A stretch of 64,000 nucleotides of DNA from Acidimicrobiales bacterium (GTDB taxonomy: Bacteria; Actinomycetota; Acidimicrobiia; Acidimicrobiales; CADCTF01). Made by a program: the position numbers and the translations under genes. Every line of letters begins with the position of its first letter. The first letter of the stretch is position 1. The stretch is taken from positions 128,232-192,231 of the forward strand of contig DATLGL010000015.1 of NCBI GenBank assembly GCA_035540495.1, given 5' to 3'. Below are positions 45,022 to 53,461 of this stretch, piece by piece. The notes under the pieces are model-generated. The model made no database searches. It saw only the letters and a list, made by a program, of their open reading frames with translations, and was not told the DNA's origin.

Positions 45022-45776
45022 CCCACCCCCTCAGCAAGCCGAGCTCCGAGATCACCACCGACCTGCCGACGCCGTCGTGCGCGCTCGCCGTCGGAGCGCA
45101 TCCCGACGACATCGAGTTCGGCGCGGGCGCGACGCTCGCGAAGTGGGCGGCGGACGGATGTCGGATCGTGCACCTCGTGTGCACCGACGGGTCGAAGGGG
45201 AGCTGGGACCCGACCGAAGACACCGCGAAGCTCGTCGCCTCGCGACAGGAAGAGCAACGTGCGGCGTCTCGCGCGCTCGGCGGAACCGGCGAGGTGATCT
45301 TCCTCGGATGGACCGACGGCGAGCTCGACTCGTCGCTGCGCCAGCGGTGGGAAGTCGCGTACTGGATCCGGATGGTGAAGCCCGACGTGGTGCTCGGGCA
45401 CGACCCGTGGAAGCGCTACCGCCTCCATCCCGATCACCGCCACGCCGGCCTGCTCGCCGTCGAGGGCATCGTGGCAGCGCGGGATCCGCACTTCTTCCCG
45501 GAGCAGTCGATCCCCCACCACCGCCCCGACGCGCTGTTGCTGTGGGAAGCCGACGAGGTGAACCACGTCGAGCTCGTCGACGGGTTCGCGGAGAAGAAGT
45601 TCGCTGCGCTGATGGAGCACCGCTCGCAGCTGCGTTCGACGATGTTCATCGACGACGTCTCGAACCACGAGCAGGTGGCGTCGTTCCGCCAGCGGATGAT
45701 GGACCGCCTCGCCGATCACGGCTCGCACGTCGGAGCAGCCGCGGGCGAGGCGTTCCACCTCATCTCGAACCTGTAG
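45018..45776 (+). CDS. PIG-L/LmbE family deacetylase
   Basis: ATGA overlap with cofC. AVGAHPDDIEFGAGATLAKW, followed by HPDHRHAG, are the LmbE/PIG-L zinc motifs. Confidence 0.8.
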   Translation: MTHPLSKPSSEITTDLPTPSCALAVGAHPDDIEFGAGATLAKWAADGCRIVHLVCTDGSKGSWDPTEDTAKLVASRQEEQRAASRALGGTGEVIFLGWTDGELDSSLRQRWEVAYWIRMVKPDVVLGHDPWKRYRLHPDHRHAGLLAVEGIVAARDPHFFPEQSIPHHRPDALLLWEADEVNHVELVDGFAEKKFAALMEHRSQLRSTMFIDDVSNHEQVASFRQRMMDRLADHGSHVGAAAGEAFHLISNL

Positions 45777-45795
45777 CAGCTCACGGCGAACGCGA

Positions 45796-45821
45796 AAGCG
45801 GGAGCCCTGCGGCTCCCGCTT
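45796..45821. terminator. Candidate bidirectional intrinsic terminator (11-bp stem, 4-nt loop)
   Basis: AAGCGGGAGCC-ctgc-GGCTCCCGCTT between the convergent PIG-L and histone-tail genes. A/T residues flank it on both sides (gcgAAA / TTcg). Confidence 0.5.
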
Positions 45822-45859
45822 CGACTGGTCTTCCGGTTGCTCCGGCCGAAGCCGAAGGC

Positions 45860-46096
45860 CTACTTCTTGGTGCTGCGGCTCGCCTTCTTGGCGGTGCTCT
45901 TCTTCGCCGTCGACTTCTTGGCGGTTGCCTTCTTGGCGGTCGACTTCTTCGCGGTCGACTTCTTGGCGGTGCTCTTCTTCGCCGGTGCCGCCTTCTTCGC
46001 CGCGGTCTTCTTCGCTGCGGCCTTCTTGGTCGACGACTTCTTCGCGCTCGATGCCTTCTTGGCGGCAGGAGCGGCCTTCTTTGCAGCAGGGCTCAT
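45860..46096 (-). CDS. Lys/Ala-rich histone H1-like tail protein (stand-alone)
   Basis: ORF 45860..46381 trimmed to ATG 46096. [78 protein letters not shown]. 15-nt tandem DNA repeats. GAAAGG lies 14 nt upstream. Confidence 0.7.
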   Translation of the reverse strand: MSPAAKKAAPAAKKASSAKKSSTKKAAAKKTAAKKAAPAKKSTAKKSTAKKSTAKKATAKKSTAKKSTAKKASRSTKK

Positions 46097-46187
46097 CTTG
46101 AACGGGGGCCTTTCACTCGGGAATCGGTGCTGACGATGGCGGCCGCTGCCGCCGGTTCGGCGTATGCCGATCTCACGACAGCGCGCA

Positions 46188-46463
46188 TCAACCGTTGAGC
46201 GCCGTCTTGAACGCACTACCGGGAGCGAAGCGCACGCCCTTCGCTGCCGCGATCTCGACGGGCTCCCCCGTCTGAGGGTTGCGACCCGTTCGTGCGGCCC
46301 TCGACGTCGGAACGAAGTTGCCGAACCCGAGGATGCTGACCTTGTCCCCTGCCTTCGTTGCGTCGATGACTGCGTCGACAAGTGCTTGAAGCGCAGCCTC
46401 AGCCTGACGCTTCTCGAGGTCTGAGCGACGAGCGATCTCGTCGATCAGTTCACTCTTGTTCAA
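46188..46463 (-). CDS. hup: HU family DNA-binding protein
   Basis: ORF 46188..46568 trimmed to TTG 46463, preceded by GGAGG with a 7-nt spacer. (M)[31 protein letters not shown]...ILGFGNF...[17 protein letters not shown]. Confidence 0.9.
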   Translation of the reverse strand: MNKSELIDEIARRSDLEKRQAEAALQALVDAVIDATKAGDKVSILGFGNFVPTSRAARTGRNPQTGEPVEIAAAKGVRFAPGSAFKTALNG

Positions 46464-46621
46464 GGCGAGACCTCCGATGTTGGGGAAGTTGAGGAAGTTG
46501 TTTGCAATGAAAGAGGTTTCGCGTAGGTAGGTCAAGCATTTCCACAGGCAGAACGCCTTGTGGCACAAGGGTTTCGGAGTTCGACGTGCGCGAAAAGCCC
46601 CGGTTTGCTTGACTTTTTTGC

Positions 46622-46846
46622 GTGTCCGACCTCGCGGATGGTGAGTACTCGATCTTCGTGATCGATGCCGAAGAAGTCGACGATGGAACCGTTCGACTCG
46701 AGATCACGATCACGGCAGGCGAACACAAGGGAGAGGTCGTCGCGGTGCGTGCGGCGCATCTCACCGGTGATCCCGTGCTGATGATGGGCCTGCCGGGAAC
46801 GCTTCACGTCGTCGACGGCGTGCCGCGCGTGTCGCTCGAGGAGTAG
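46622..46846 (+). CDS. Hypothetical small protein (74 aa)
   Basis: GTG ORF 21 nt upstream of the PBP1A gene. Protein-like (MSDLADGEYSIFVIDAEEVDDGTVRLEITITAGEHKGEVVAV…). No family assigned. Confidence 0.45.
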   Translation: MSDLADGEYSIFVIDAEEVDDGTVRLEITITAGEHKGEVVAVRAAHLTGDPVLMMGLPGTLHVVDGVPRVSLEE

Positions 46847-46867
46847 CTCGACACCCCTCGTGGGTAC

Positions 46868-49006
46868 ATGCGCGACGTGCGTTGGGCGTTGCGGCTCGTG
46901 TCGTCGATCGCGTTGGCGACGATCTTGTTGGGAACCGGTCTGGCCCTCACGTTGGCCAGCGCCGACACGCTTCGCGGCGCCACGCGTTCGGAAGGGCTCC
47001 CGGACATCGAGCTGTCGCCGCTCGCGGTGCGTTCAGAGATCGTCGCGGCTGACGGAAGCGTGCTCGACAACCTCTACGAGGAAGACCGCGTCCCCGTTCC
47101 GCTCGACCAGATCCCGCAGGTCGTCATCGACGCGGTGCTGGCGACCGAAGACCACGCGTTCTTCGAGCACGACGGCATCAGCCTTCGGGGCGTGTTGCGA
47201 GCCGTCCGTGAGAACGCGACGTCGGGTGAGGTGAAGCAGGGCGGGTCGACGATCACCCAGCAGCTGGTGAAGAACGCGATCCTGACCAACGAACGCAGCT
47301 ACGACCGCAAGGCGAGGGAAGCGGTGCTCGCCTACCGCATGGAGCAGGAGTTCTCGAAGGAGGAGATCCTCCAGCGCTACCTCAACACGGTGTACTTCGG
47401 CGCTGGTGCGCACGGCGTCGTCGCCGCGGTGGAGCGCTTCTACGCCAAGCCGCTGGCCGAGGTGACGCTGCCCGAGGCGGCGTTGCTCGCCGGCCTCATC
47501 TCCAGCCCAGAGACCTACGACCCGTTCCGCCACCCCGAGGCCGCGTTGGAGCGCAGGCGCCACGTCCTCGGTCGTCTCGAGACGCTCGGCAAGATCACCC
47601 CGGAGGAAGCCGCCGCGGCCGATGCGACGCCGCTGCCGGCGGAGCTCCACGTCCGGCGGGCCCAGCCGACGCAGTACTTCACCGAGGAGGTGCGGCGTCA
47701 GCTGCTCGCCGACGAACGCCTCGGGGCGACGCCCCAAGACCGCTTCACGACGGTGTTCCGCGGCGGCATCCGCGTCGAGACGACGTTCGACCCCGCGCTG
47801 CAAGCCTCGGCCGAACGTGCCGTCACCGACCTCCTGCCCGAATCCCCCTTCACCGCGGCGCTCGTCGCGGTCGATCCCACCGACGGCGCGGTGCGCGCGC
47901 TGGTCGGCGGCCCCGGCTTCGAGCAGGCGAAGTACAACCTCGCGACCCAAGGCGCCCGCCAGGCAGGCTCGTCGTTCAAGACGATCGCACTCGCGGCGTG
48001 GCTCGCCGACGGTCGATCACCCGAAGACGTGGTCGATGCGACTGCACCGTGCACGTTCCCGATGCCTCCGCCGCAGGAGCCGTGGAACGTCGACAACTAC
48101 GACGGCGGCAGCGGCGAGCGGGCGATCGTCTCGTTGCGGGACGCCACGATCAAGTCGTCCAACTGCGCGTACGCACGGCTCGCGCTGATCCTCGGCCCCG
48201 AGAAGATCGCGGCGATGGCGGAGAAGCTCGGCATCAGCCGGAAGCTGCCGGCGTATCCGTCGATCGTGCTCGGCACCGGCGAGGTGTCTCCCCTCGAGAT
48301 GGCCTCCGTCTACGCGACGCTGGCCGCCGACGGGGTGCGCCATCAGCCGATGTTCATCCGGCGCGTGCTCGATCGCGCCGGCAACGTGATCTTCGAGAAC
48401 ACCGCGCAGGGCGAGCAGGTGATCGATCCTCAGGTGGCACGCGCGGTCACCGACGTGCTGCGCGGCGTCGTCGAACGGGGGACCGGCCGCCGTGCGTCGA
48501 TCGGACGTCCGGCCGCGGGCAAGACCGGCACCGCGCAGGAGTGGCGGGACGCGTGGTTCGCCGGGTACACGCCGCAGATGGCGGCTGCCGTGTGGATGGG
48601 CCACCCGCTCGGCCAGGAGAGCATGAAGGGCGTCGGCGGCGTGAACGTCACCGGCGGTTCGTTCCCCGCGCAGATCTGGGGCAGGTTCATGGGCGAGGCG
48701 GTCGGGCTGCTCGAGGTCCGCGACTTCCACCGGCCCGACGTGGCGGCGTGGCCTCCGCCGACCACGATCGGATCGATGCCGGAAGGCATCCCGCTGCCGC
48801 CGGGGATCGTCGTCGGCGCACCGACGCCGGGCACGATCGATCCCGCCGCGGCGGCCATCCCGCCGGCAACAGGTGATCCCGCTGCGCCCGCGCCCGCACC
48901 CGCACCGGCGCCGGCGCCCACAGCCGAACCGGCTCCCGCACCGCCCCCGTCTACGACGACAACGACGACGACGTCGAAGCCGCCGAAGGGGAAGCGGGGC
49001 GACTGA
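46868..49006 (+). CDS. Class A penicillin-binding protein (PBP1A family; transglycosylase + transpeptidase)
   Basis: N-terminal TM helix. GT51 motifs ATEDHAFFEHDG and GGSTITQQLVKN. Transpeptidase motifs SSFK, SSN and KTGT. Pro/Ala- and Thr-rich C-terminal tail. Confidence 0.9.
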   Translation: MRDVRWALRLVSSIALATILLGTGLALTLASADTLRGATRSEGLPDIELSPLAVRSEIVAADGSVLDNLYEEDRVPVPLDQIPQVVIDAVLATEDHAFFEHDGISLRGVLRAVRENATSGEVKQGGSTITQQLVKNAILTNERSYDRKAREAVLAYRMEQEFSKEEILQRYLNTVYFGAGAHGVVAAVERFYAKPLAEVTLPEAALLAGLISSPETYDPFRHPEAALERRRHVLGRLETLGKITPEEAAAADATPLPAELHVRRAQPTQYFTEEVRRQLLADERLGATPQDRFTTVFRGGIRVETTFDPALQASAERAVTDLLPESPFTAALVAVDPTDGAVRALVGGPGFEQAKYNLATQGARQAGSSFKTIALAAWLADGRSPEDVVDATAPCTFPMPPPQEPWNVDNYDGGSGERAIVSLRDATIKSSNCAYARLALILGPEKIAAMAEKLGISRKLPAYPSIVLGTGEVSPLEMASVYATLAADGVRHQPMFIRRVLDRAGNVIFENTAQGEQVIDPQVARAVTDVLRGVVERGTGRRASIGRPAAGKTGTAQEWRDAWFAGYTPQMAAAVWMGHPLGQESMKGVGGVNVTGGSFPAQIWGRFMGEAVGLLEVRDFHRPDVAAWPPPTTIGSMPEGIPLPPGIVVGAPTPGTIDPAAAAIPPATGDPAAPAPAPAPAPAPTAEPAPAPPPSTTTTTTTSKPPKGKRGD

Positions 49007-50306
49007 GCCCGCCGACGACGGCGGCGATCACGGCCGACGTCAGGAAGCTCAGGATCGAGGCGGACGCCCACGAGGGCACCGTGATCCCGAGCGCGTCCCT
49101 GAGGTCGATCCACAGCGGCGCCCACCACGACACGAACCCGGGGTTCACGAGCTGGTAGACGACGAAGCCGGCGATCCACGGCACGAACATCAGCGCTCGC
49201 GTCGGAGCGTCGCCCGACACGTCCCACGTCCGCCGGCGGAAGAGGTAGTAGTCGACGGCGAACGCGGCGAACAGCGGCACGAACACCGAACCGAGCAGGA
49301 AGAGGAACGACTCGTAGGCGACGTAGTCGTCGACGACGAACGCAATCGTGGTCGCGAACGCGCCGGTGATCGCGACGCCGACGCGCCGGTCGAGCTTCGG
49401 CACGATGTTCTGCGCCGAGATGACGGTCGAGTACAGGTTGGCGAAGACCTCGTCGAGCTCGTCGACGACCAGGACGAGCAGGGCGATCGTTCCGGCCGGT
49501 ATGGCCAGCAGCGAAGCGATCACGTCGTCCCCCGCCTCGCCGGACGCCGTCGCGAGGACACCGAGGACGAAGAAGGCGAGCGTCGCCGCGCCGTAGCCCA
49601 ACGACGCGCCGAGGAAGGCGTCGCGTCCGGTCCGCGAGTGACGTGAGTAGTCGGCGGCCAGAGGGATCCACGAGATGGGCAACGCGATGACGATGTCGGT
49701 CGCCTTCCAGAACCCGCTCCACGACCCTTCGCCGAGGGGTGGAAGCGGACTCCTCGCCACGTGCCACAGCAGGTACGCGCTCGACGTCAGGACGAGCCAG
49801 ACCGCCACGCGCTTCAGGTAGACCCGCACCACCCCCAGCGGCCGCAGCGCCATCGCCGTCGCGGCGAGTCCGGCGACGATCACCACGATCGGACGCAGCG
49901 ACTCGTCGAGCAGCCTCGATGCGGCCTCGGCGATGACGACGAGCTCGACGACCGCCCATCCGATGTTCTGCGCGATGTTCGCGACGGTCGGCACGGTCGA
50001 TCCCCGTCGGCCGAGCAGTCCTCGCACGAGCACCATCGCCGGTGCGCCGACTTCGGCGCCTGCTCGCGCGGCGAGCCCGAGGAGCACGTTGCCGACGACA
50101 GCGCCGACGACGATCGCCGTCAGCGCCGCGACGAGCGACAGCGGTGGGAGCGACGGGTCGGGCGCTAGCACGAAGGTCGCTGCGACCACCAGCAGCAGCG
50201 AGATGCCGAGGTTGCCCCACAGGGCGAGCTGGTCGGTGAGGCCGAGCGTGCGCGGCGCATCGTCGTCGAGTGTTCGCGGTGCCTCGAGTGGGCTCGTGGT
50301 CGTCAT
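48951..50306 (-). CDS. NCS1 (purine-cytosine permease) family transporter, CytX-like thiamine-precursor transporter
   Basis: 451 aa with about 12 TM segments. Placed directly behind a TPP riboswitch. The 3' end overlaps the convergent PBP gene by 56 nt. Confidence 0.8.
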   Translation of the reverse strand: MTTTSPLEAPRTLDDDAPRTLGLTDQLALWGNLGISLLLVVAATFVLAPDPSLPPLSLVAALTAIVVGAVVGNVLLGLAARAGAEVGAPAMVLVRGLLGRRGSTVPTVANIAQNIGWAVVELVVIAEAASRLLDESLRPIVVIVAGLAATAMALRPLGVVRVYLKRVAVWLVLTSSAYLLWHVARSPLPPLGEGSWSGFWKATDIVIALPISWIPLAADYSRHSRTGRDAFLGASLGYGAATLAFFVLGVLATASGEAGDDVIASLLAIPAGTIALLVLVVDELDEVFANLYSTVISAQNIVPKLDRRVGVAITGAFATTIAFVVDDYVAYESFLFLLGSVFVPLFAAFAVDYYLFRRRTWDVSGDAPTRALMFVPWIAGFVVYQLVNPGFVSWWAPLWIDLRDALGITVPSWASASILSFLTSAVIAAVVGGLSRPASPSAASTSSSLSS

Positions 50307-50310
50307 CCCT

Positions 50311-50397
50311 CTCCCTTCGCCGGCATGACCCGGATCAGGTTCGACGAGTCGGGCGCTGCCGCACCCCTCTCAGCCCGGCATCAGGGCTCCCCGGTGA
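50311..50397 (-). promoter_or_regulatory. TPP (THI-box) riboswitch
   Basis: The minus strand reads CACCGGGGAGCCCUGAUGCCGGGCUGAGAGGGGUGCGGCAGCGCCCGACUCGUCGAACCUGAUCCGGGUCAUGCCGGCGAAGGGAGAGGGAUG. It contains the conserved GGGG(U/A)GC, CUGAGA and ACCUGAUCCGG.U.AUGCCGGCG.AGGGA blocks. The 3' arm runs into the SD and ATG of the permease gene. Confidence 0.85.
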
Positions 50398-50505
50398 ACG
50401 CCGGCATCGTAGGCGGATCGCGCGGTCGCAGGGTTGCTCCGCTGCGTGTTGCCGTCGACGACAGCGGGTACGTCGAGGAGACCCACGATCGCTAGAGGAG
50501 GACGC

Positions 50506-51078
50506 ATGCCCGACGTCACCGAGCTGTTGAACACGGACCATCGCGAGGTCGAGCAGCTGTTCGCGGAGTACGAGCAGACGCAGGACTGGAACATCGCGAT
50601 GCAGATCTGCGACGAGCTGCTGCGCCACGCCACCGTCGAGGAGGAGATCGTCTACCCGGCGCTCGAGAAGGCCGACCAGGAGATCACCCAGGAGGCCGAG
50701 CAGGAGCACCAGGACGCCGAGCAGCTGATCGAGCAGATCCAGTCGCTCGAGGCCGACGATCCCCAGCTCCCGCAGCTGATGACGCAGCTGAAGGAAGCGG
50801 TGCAGCACCACGTCGAGGAAGAGGAGTCGGAGGCGTGGCCGAAGCTGCGTGAGCAGTTCGGCGACAAGCTCGACGAGCTCGGCACGAAGGTGGAGGAGCG
50901 CAAGCAGCAGCTCAAGGCCGAGGAGGAAGGCACGGGCTCGGGCGGTTCCGAGTCGGGCGCCGGCGGCCTGATCGACCTCACCAAGGACGAGCTCATGGAG
51001 AAGGCCCGCGAGGCCGACATCCAGGGCCGGTCGAAGATGAACAAGGACGAGCTGGCACAGGCCCTCGAGAACCAGTAG
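50506..51078 (+). CDS. Hemerythrin (HHE cation-binding) domain protein with C-terminal Rho-N/SAP-like motif
   Basis: ORF 50434..51078 trimmed to ATG 50506, behind GAGGAGG. LLNTDHREVEQLF...HATVEEEIVYP...HHVEEEE. C-terminus LTKDELMEKAREADIQGRSKMNKDELAQAL. Confidence 0.75.
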   Translation: MPDVTELLNTDHREVEQLFAEYEQTQDWNIAMQICDELLRHATVEEEIVYPALEKADQEITQEAEQEHQDAEQLIEQIQSLEADDPQLPQLMTQLKEAVQHHVEEEESEAWPKLREQFGDKLDELGTKVEERKQQLKAEEEGTGSGGSESGAGGLIDLTKDELMEKAREADIQGRSKMNKDELAQALENQ

Positions 51079-51088
51079 ATCGTCGGTC

Positions 51089-52198
51089 GTGACGCTGCAG
51101 GGACCTGCCGACCCGACGGACCGGCAGGTCCTTGCGCGTGCACACGACGGCCACGATGACCACGGGCACGATCAGCACGGTCACGGGCACGACCACGGCG
51201 GGCACGACCACGGCGGATCCCGGCTGAAGCGGTTCTTCGGGCTGGAAGCGCCCCACAGCCACGATGCCGCCGACCGGGTCGACGACGCGCTGGAGTCGAG
51301 CGAGGAAGGCATCCGCGCCCTCAAGGTGTCGCTCGTCGGGCTCGGCGTCACCGCGCTGCTGCAGGCGATCGTCGTGGTCTTCTCAGGGTCGGTCGCCCTG
51401 CTCGGCGACACGCTGCACAACGTGGCCGACGCGCTCACCGCGTTGCCGCTGTGGGTGGCGTTCCGCCTCGGCAAGCGTCCCGCCTCCCGCCGCTACCCCT
51501 ACGGCTACGGCCGCGCCGAGGATCTGGCGGGGCTCTTCATCGTCGTCGCCATCGCCGCATCGGCGATCCTCGCGGGCTACGAGTCGATCCACCGGTTGCT
51601 CGACCCCGTCGACGTCCGCTACCTCGGCGCGGTGGCCGGGGCGAGCGTCATCGGCTTCATCGGCAACGAGCTCGTCGCCCGCTACCGGATCACCGTCGGC
51701 CGCCGCATCGGGTCGGCCGCCCTCGTCGCCGACGGGATGCACGCCCGCACCGACGGCCTCACGTCGCTCGCCGTCCTGGCCGGCGCTGGCGGTGTCGCCC
51801 TCGGTTGGCGGGCCGCCGATGCCGTCGTGGGCCTCGTGATCACGGCGGCGATCCTCGTCATCCTTCGCGGCGTGGGTCGCGACGTGTACCGGCGCTTGAT
51901 GGACGCGGTGGAGCCGGCGCTGCTCGACGACATCGAGCGCGTGGTGTCAGCCGTCGAGGGCGTCGACGCGGTCAGCGACGTGCGCGTGCGCTGGCTCGGC
52001 CACCAGCTGCGGGCGGAGGTGGAGATCGACGTCGACGCGAACCTGACGGTGGTCGCAGGGCACGAGATCGCCGAGGCCGCGTACCACGCCCTCCTCCACG
52101 ACGTGCCGAGGCTGACGAGCGCGGTGATCCACGTGAGCCCGACCGCCGTCGATGGCGTCGACCATCACGCATCGGTCGACCACCACCGCACGAGGTGA
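51089..52198 (+). CDS. Cation diffusion facilitator (CDF) transporter with His-rich N-terminus
   Basis: HDGHDDHGHDQHGHGHDHGGHDHGG N-terminal tail. CDF signature LLGDTLHNVADAL...YPYGYGRAEDL. C-terminal cytoplasmic domain. Confidence 0.85.
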   Translation: MTLQGPADPTDRQVLARAHDGHDDHGHDQHGHGHDHGGHDHGGSRLKRFFGLEAPHSHDAADRVDDALESSEEGIRALKVSLVGLGVTALLQAIVVVFSGSVALLGDTLHNVADALTALPLWVAFRLGKRPASRRYPYGYGRAEDLAGLFIVVAIAASAILAGYESIHRLLDPVDVRYLGAVAGASVIGFIGNELVARYRITVGRRIGSAALVADGMHARTDGLTSLAVLAGAGGVALGWRAADAVVGLVITAAILVILRGVGRDVYRRLMDAVEPALLDDIERVVSAVEGVDAVSDVRVRWLGHQLRAEVEIDVDANLTVVAGHEIAEAAYHALLHDVPRLTSAVIHVSPTAVDGVDHHASVDHHRTR

Positions 52199-52207
52199 CA
52201 CCGCGCG

Positions 52208-52993
52208 TCAGGCCTTGGCGCCGTGACGCCCGGCGCCGGCGGCGAAGCGACTCGCTCCCTCTCTCGTCTCGCCCGACCGGATGACCTCGAGGCCGAGCTC
52301 GGTCTCCCGCGCCAGCGCGTCGTCGACCGACAGGTCCCACTGCTCGTAGGCCGATCGTCGGTCGGACCGCATGCACCGCTGAGGGAGCTCGCTCAGCTCG
52401 TGGGCGAGGGCGACCGCGTCATCGAGCGCGCGCCCCGGGTCGCTGAGGCGATTCGCGAGGCCCATCCGCTGGGCCTCGTCGCCGGACACGCCGCGCCCGG
52501 TGAGGATCAGGTCGATCGCGTGCGAGTGGCCGATCAGCCGCGGGAGCCGGATGGTGCCGCCGTCGATGAGTGGCACGCCCCAGCGCCGGCAGTAGACGCC
52601 GAAGATCGCGTCGCGCGCGGCCACGCGCATGTCGCACCACAGCGCGAGCTCGAGGCCGCCGGCAACCGCGTGTCCCTCGACCGCGGCGATCACGGGCTTC
52701 GACAGGAACATGCGACTCGGCCCCATCGGCCCGTCTCGGGACACGTCGGCTTCGACCCGGTTGCCCCGCCCGTCGCTGATCGCCTTGAGGTCGGCACCGG
52801 CGCAGAACGTTCCGCCTGCGCCGGTGAGCACTGCAACCGACTGCGCCTCGTCGTCGTCGAAGGACCGGAACGCCTCTGCGAGCGCGGCGGCGGTCGGGCC
52901 GTCGACGGCGTTCCGCACCTGCGGGCGGTCGATCGTGACGATGGTGACGGGTCCGTCGGTCTCGACGCGGACGGTGTCGGACGGGGCGCTCAT
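52208..52993 (-). CDS. Enoyl-CoA hydratase/isomerase (crotonase) family protein
   Basis: ORF 52208..53443 trimmed to ATG 52993 (alternatives 53002 and 53005). VLTGAGGTFCAGADLK oxyanion motif and AAVEGHAVAGGLELALWCD. Confidence 0.85.
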   Translation of the reverse strand: MSAPSDTVRVETDGPVTIVTIDRPQVRNAVDGPTAAALAEAFRSFDDDEAQSVAVLTGAGGTFCAGADLKAISDGRGNRVEADVSRDGPMGPSRMFLSKPVIAAVEGHAVAGGLELALWCDMRVAARDAIFGVYCRRWGVPLIDGGTIRLPRLIGHSHAIDLILTGRGVSGDEAQRMGLANRLSDPGRALDDAVALAHELSELPQRCMRSDRRSAYEQWDLSVDDALARETELGLEVIRSGETREGASRFAAGAGRHGAKA

Positions 52994-53011
52994 GGGGGTC
53001 ATCATCTCGCG

Positions 53012-53413
53012 ATGGATTCGACCGAGCTCCGCATCGACACGTCGGCGACGCCTCTCTACGACCTGACACGCGACGTTCGCGACTTCTGCCGCGGGCGTGG
53101 CGACGGGCTCGTCCACGTCTTCGCTCCGCACGCGACGGCGGGCATCGCGTTGATCGAGCTCGGCGCCGGGTCGGAGCCCGATCTGCTGGAGACGCTTGGC
53201 CGCGTGCTGCCTCGCGACGACCGGTGGGTCCACCGCCACGGCTCGCCCGGCCACGGTGCCGACCACGTCCTCCCGGCGATCGTCGCCCCGTTCGTCGTCG
53301 TGCCCGTGCTCGACGGCGAGATCGCGCTCGGCACGTGGCAGCACGTCGTCTTCGTCGACCTCAACGACGACAACCCGTCGCGCAAGGTCCGCCTGTCGTT
53401 CCTCGCGGGCTGA
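53012..53413 (+). CDS. YjbQ/UPF0047 family protein (secondary thiamine-phosphate synthase-like)
   Basis: ORF 52223..53413 trimmed to ATG 53012. HATAGIALIE...GADH...ALGTWQHVVFVDLN are YjbQ hallmarks. Confidence 0.8.
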   Translation: MDSTELRIDTSATPLYDLTRDVRDFCRGRGDGLVHVFAPHATAGIALIELGAGSEPDLLETLGRVLPRDDRWVHRHGSPGHGADHVLPAIVAPFVVVPVLDGEIALGTWQHVVFVDLNDDNPSRKVRLSFLAG

Positions 53414-53461
53414 GGTTCGACGCGCACCCGACGCGGAGCTCACGCGGACGCCGTGCTGGCG

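Noticed and set aside
44379-45758. Upstream 460 codons of ORF 43380..45758 (792 aa) and the 755-aa plus-strand ORF 42150..44417
   Set aside because: The first is antisense to cofC and the PIG-L gene. The second is antisense to the GH15-like gene and gpsA. Only the gpsA portion (43380-44378) has recognisable motifs.
45837-46133. 98-aa very hydrophobic Phe/Leu/Ala-rich ORF that looks like a membrane protein
   Set aside because: It is the exact antisense reading of the AAG/GCC repeat DNA that encodes the Lys/Ala tail protein. The repeat periodicity is explained by the AKK repeats, and the minus-strand gene has an SD and the HU context.
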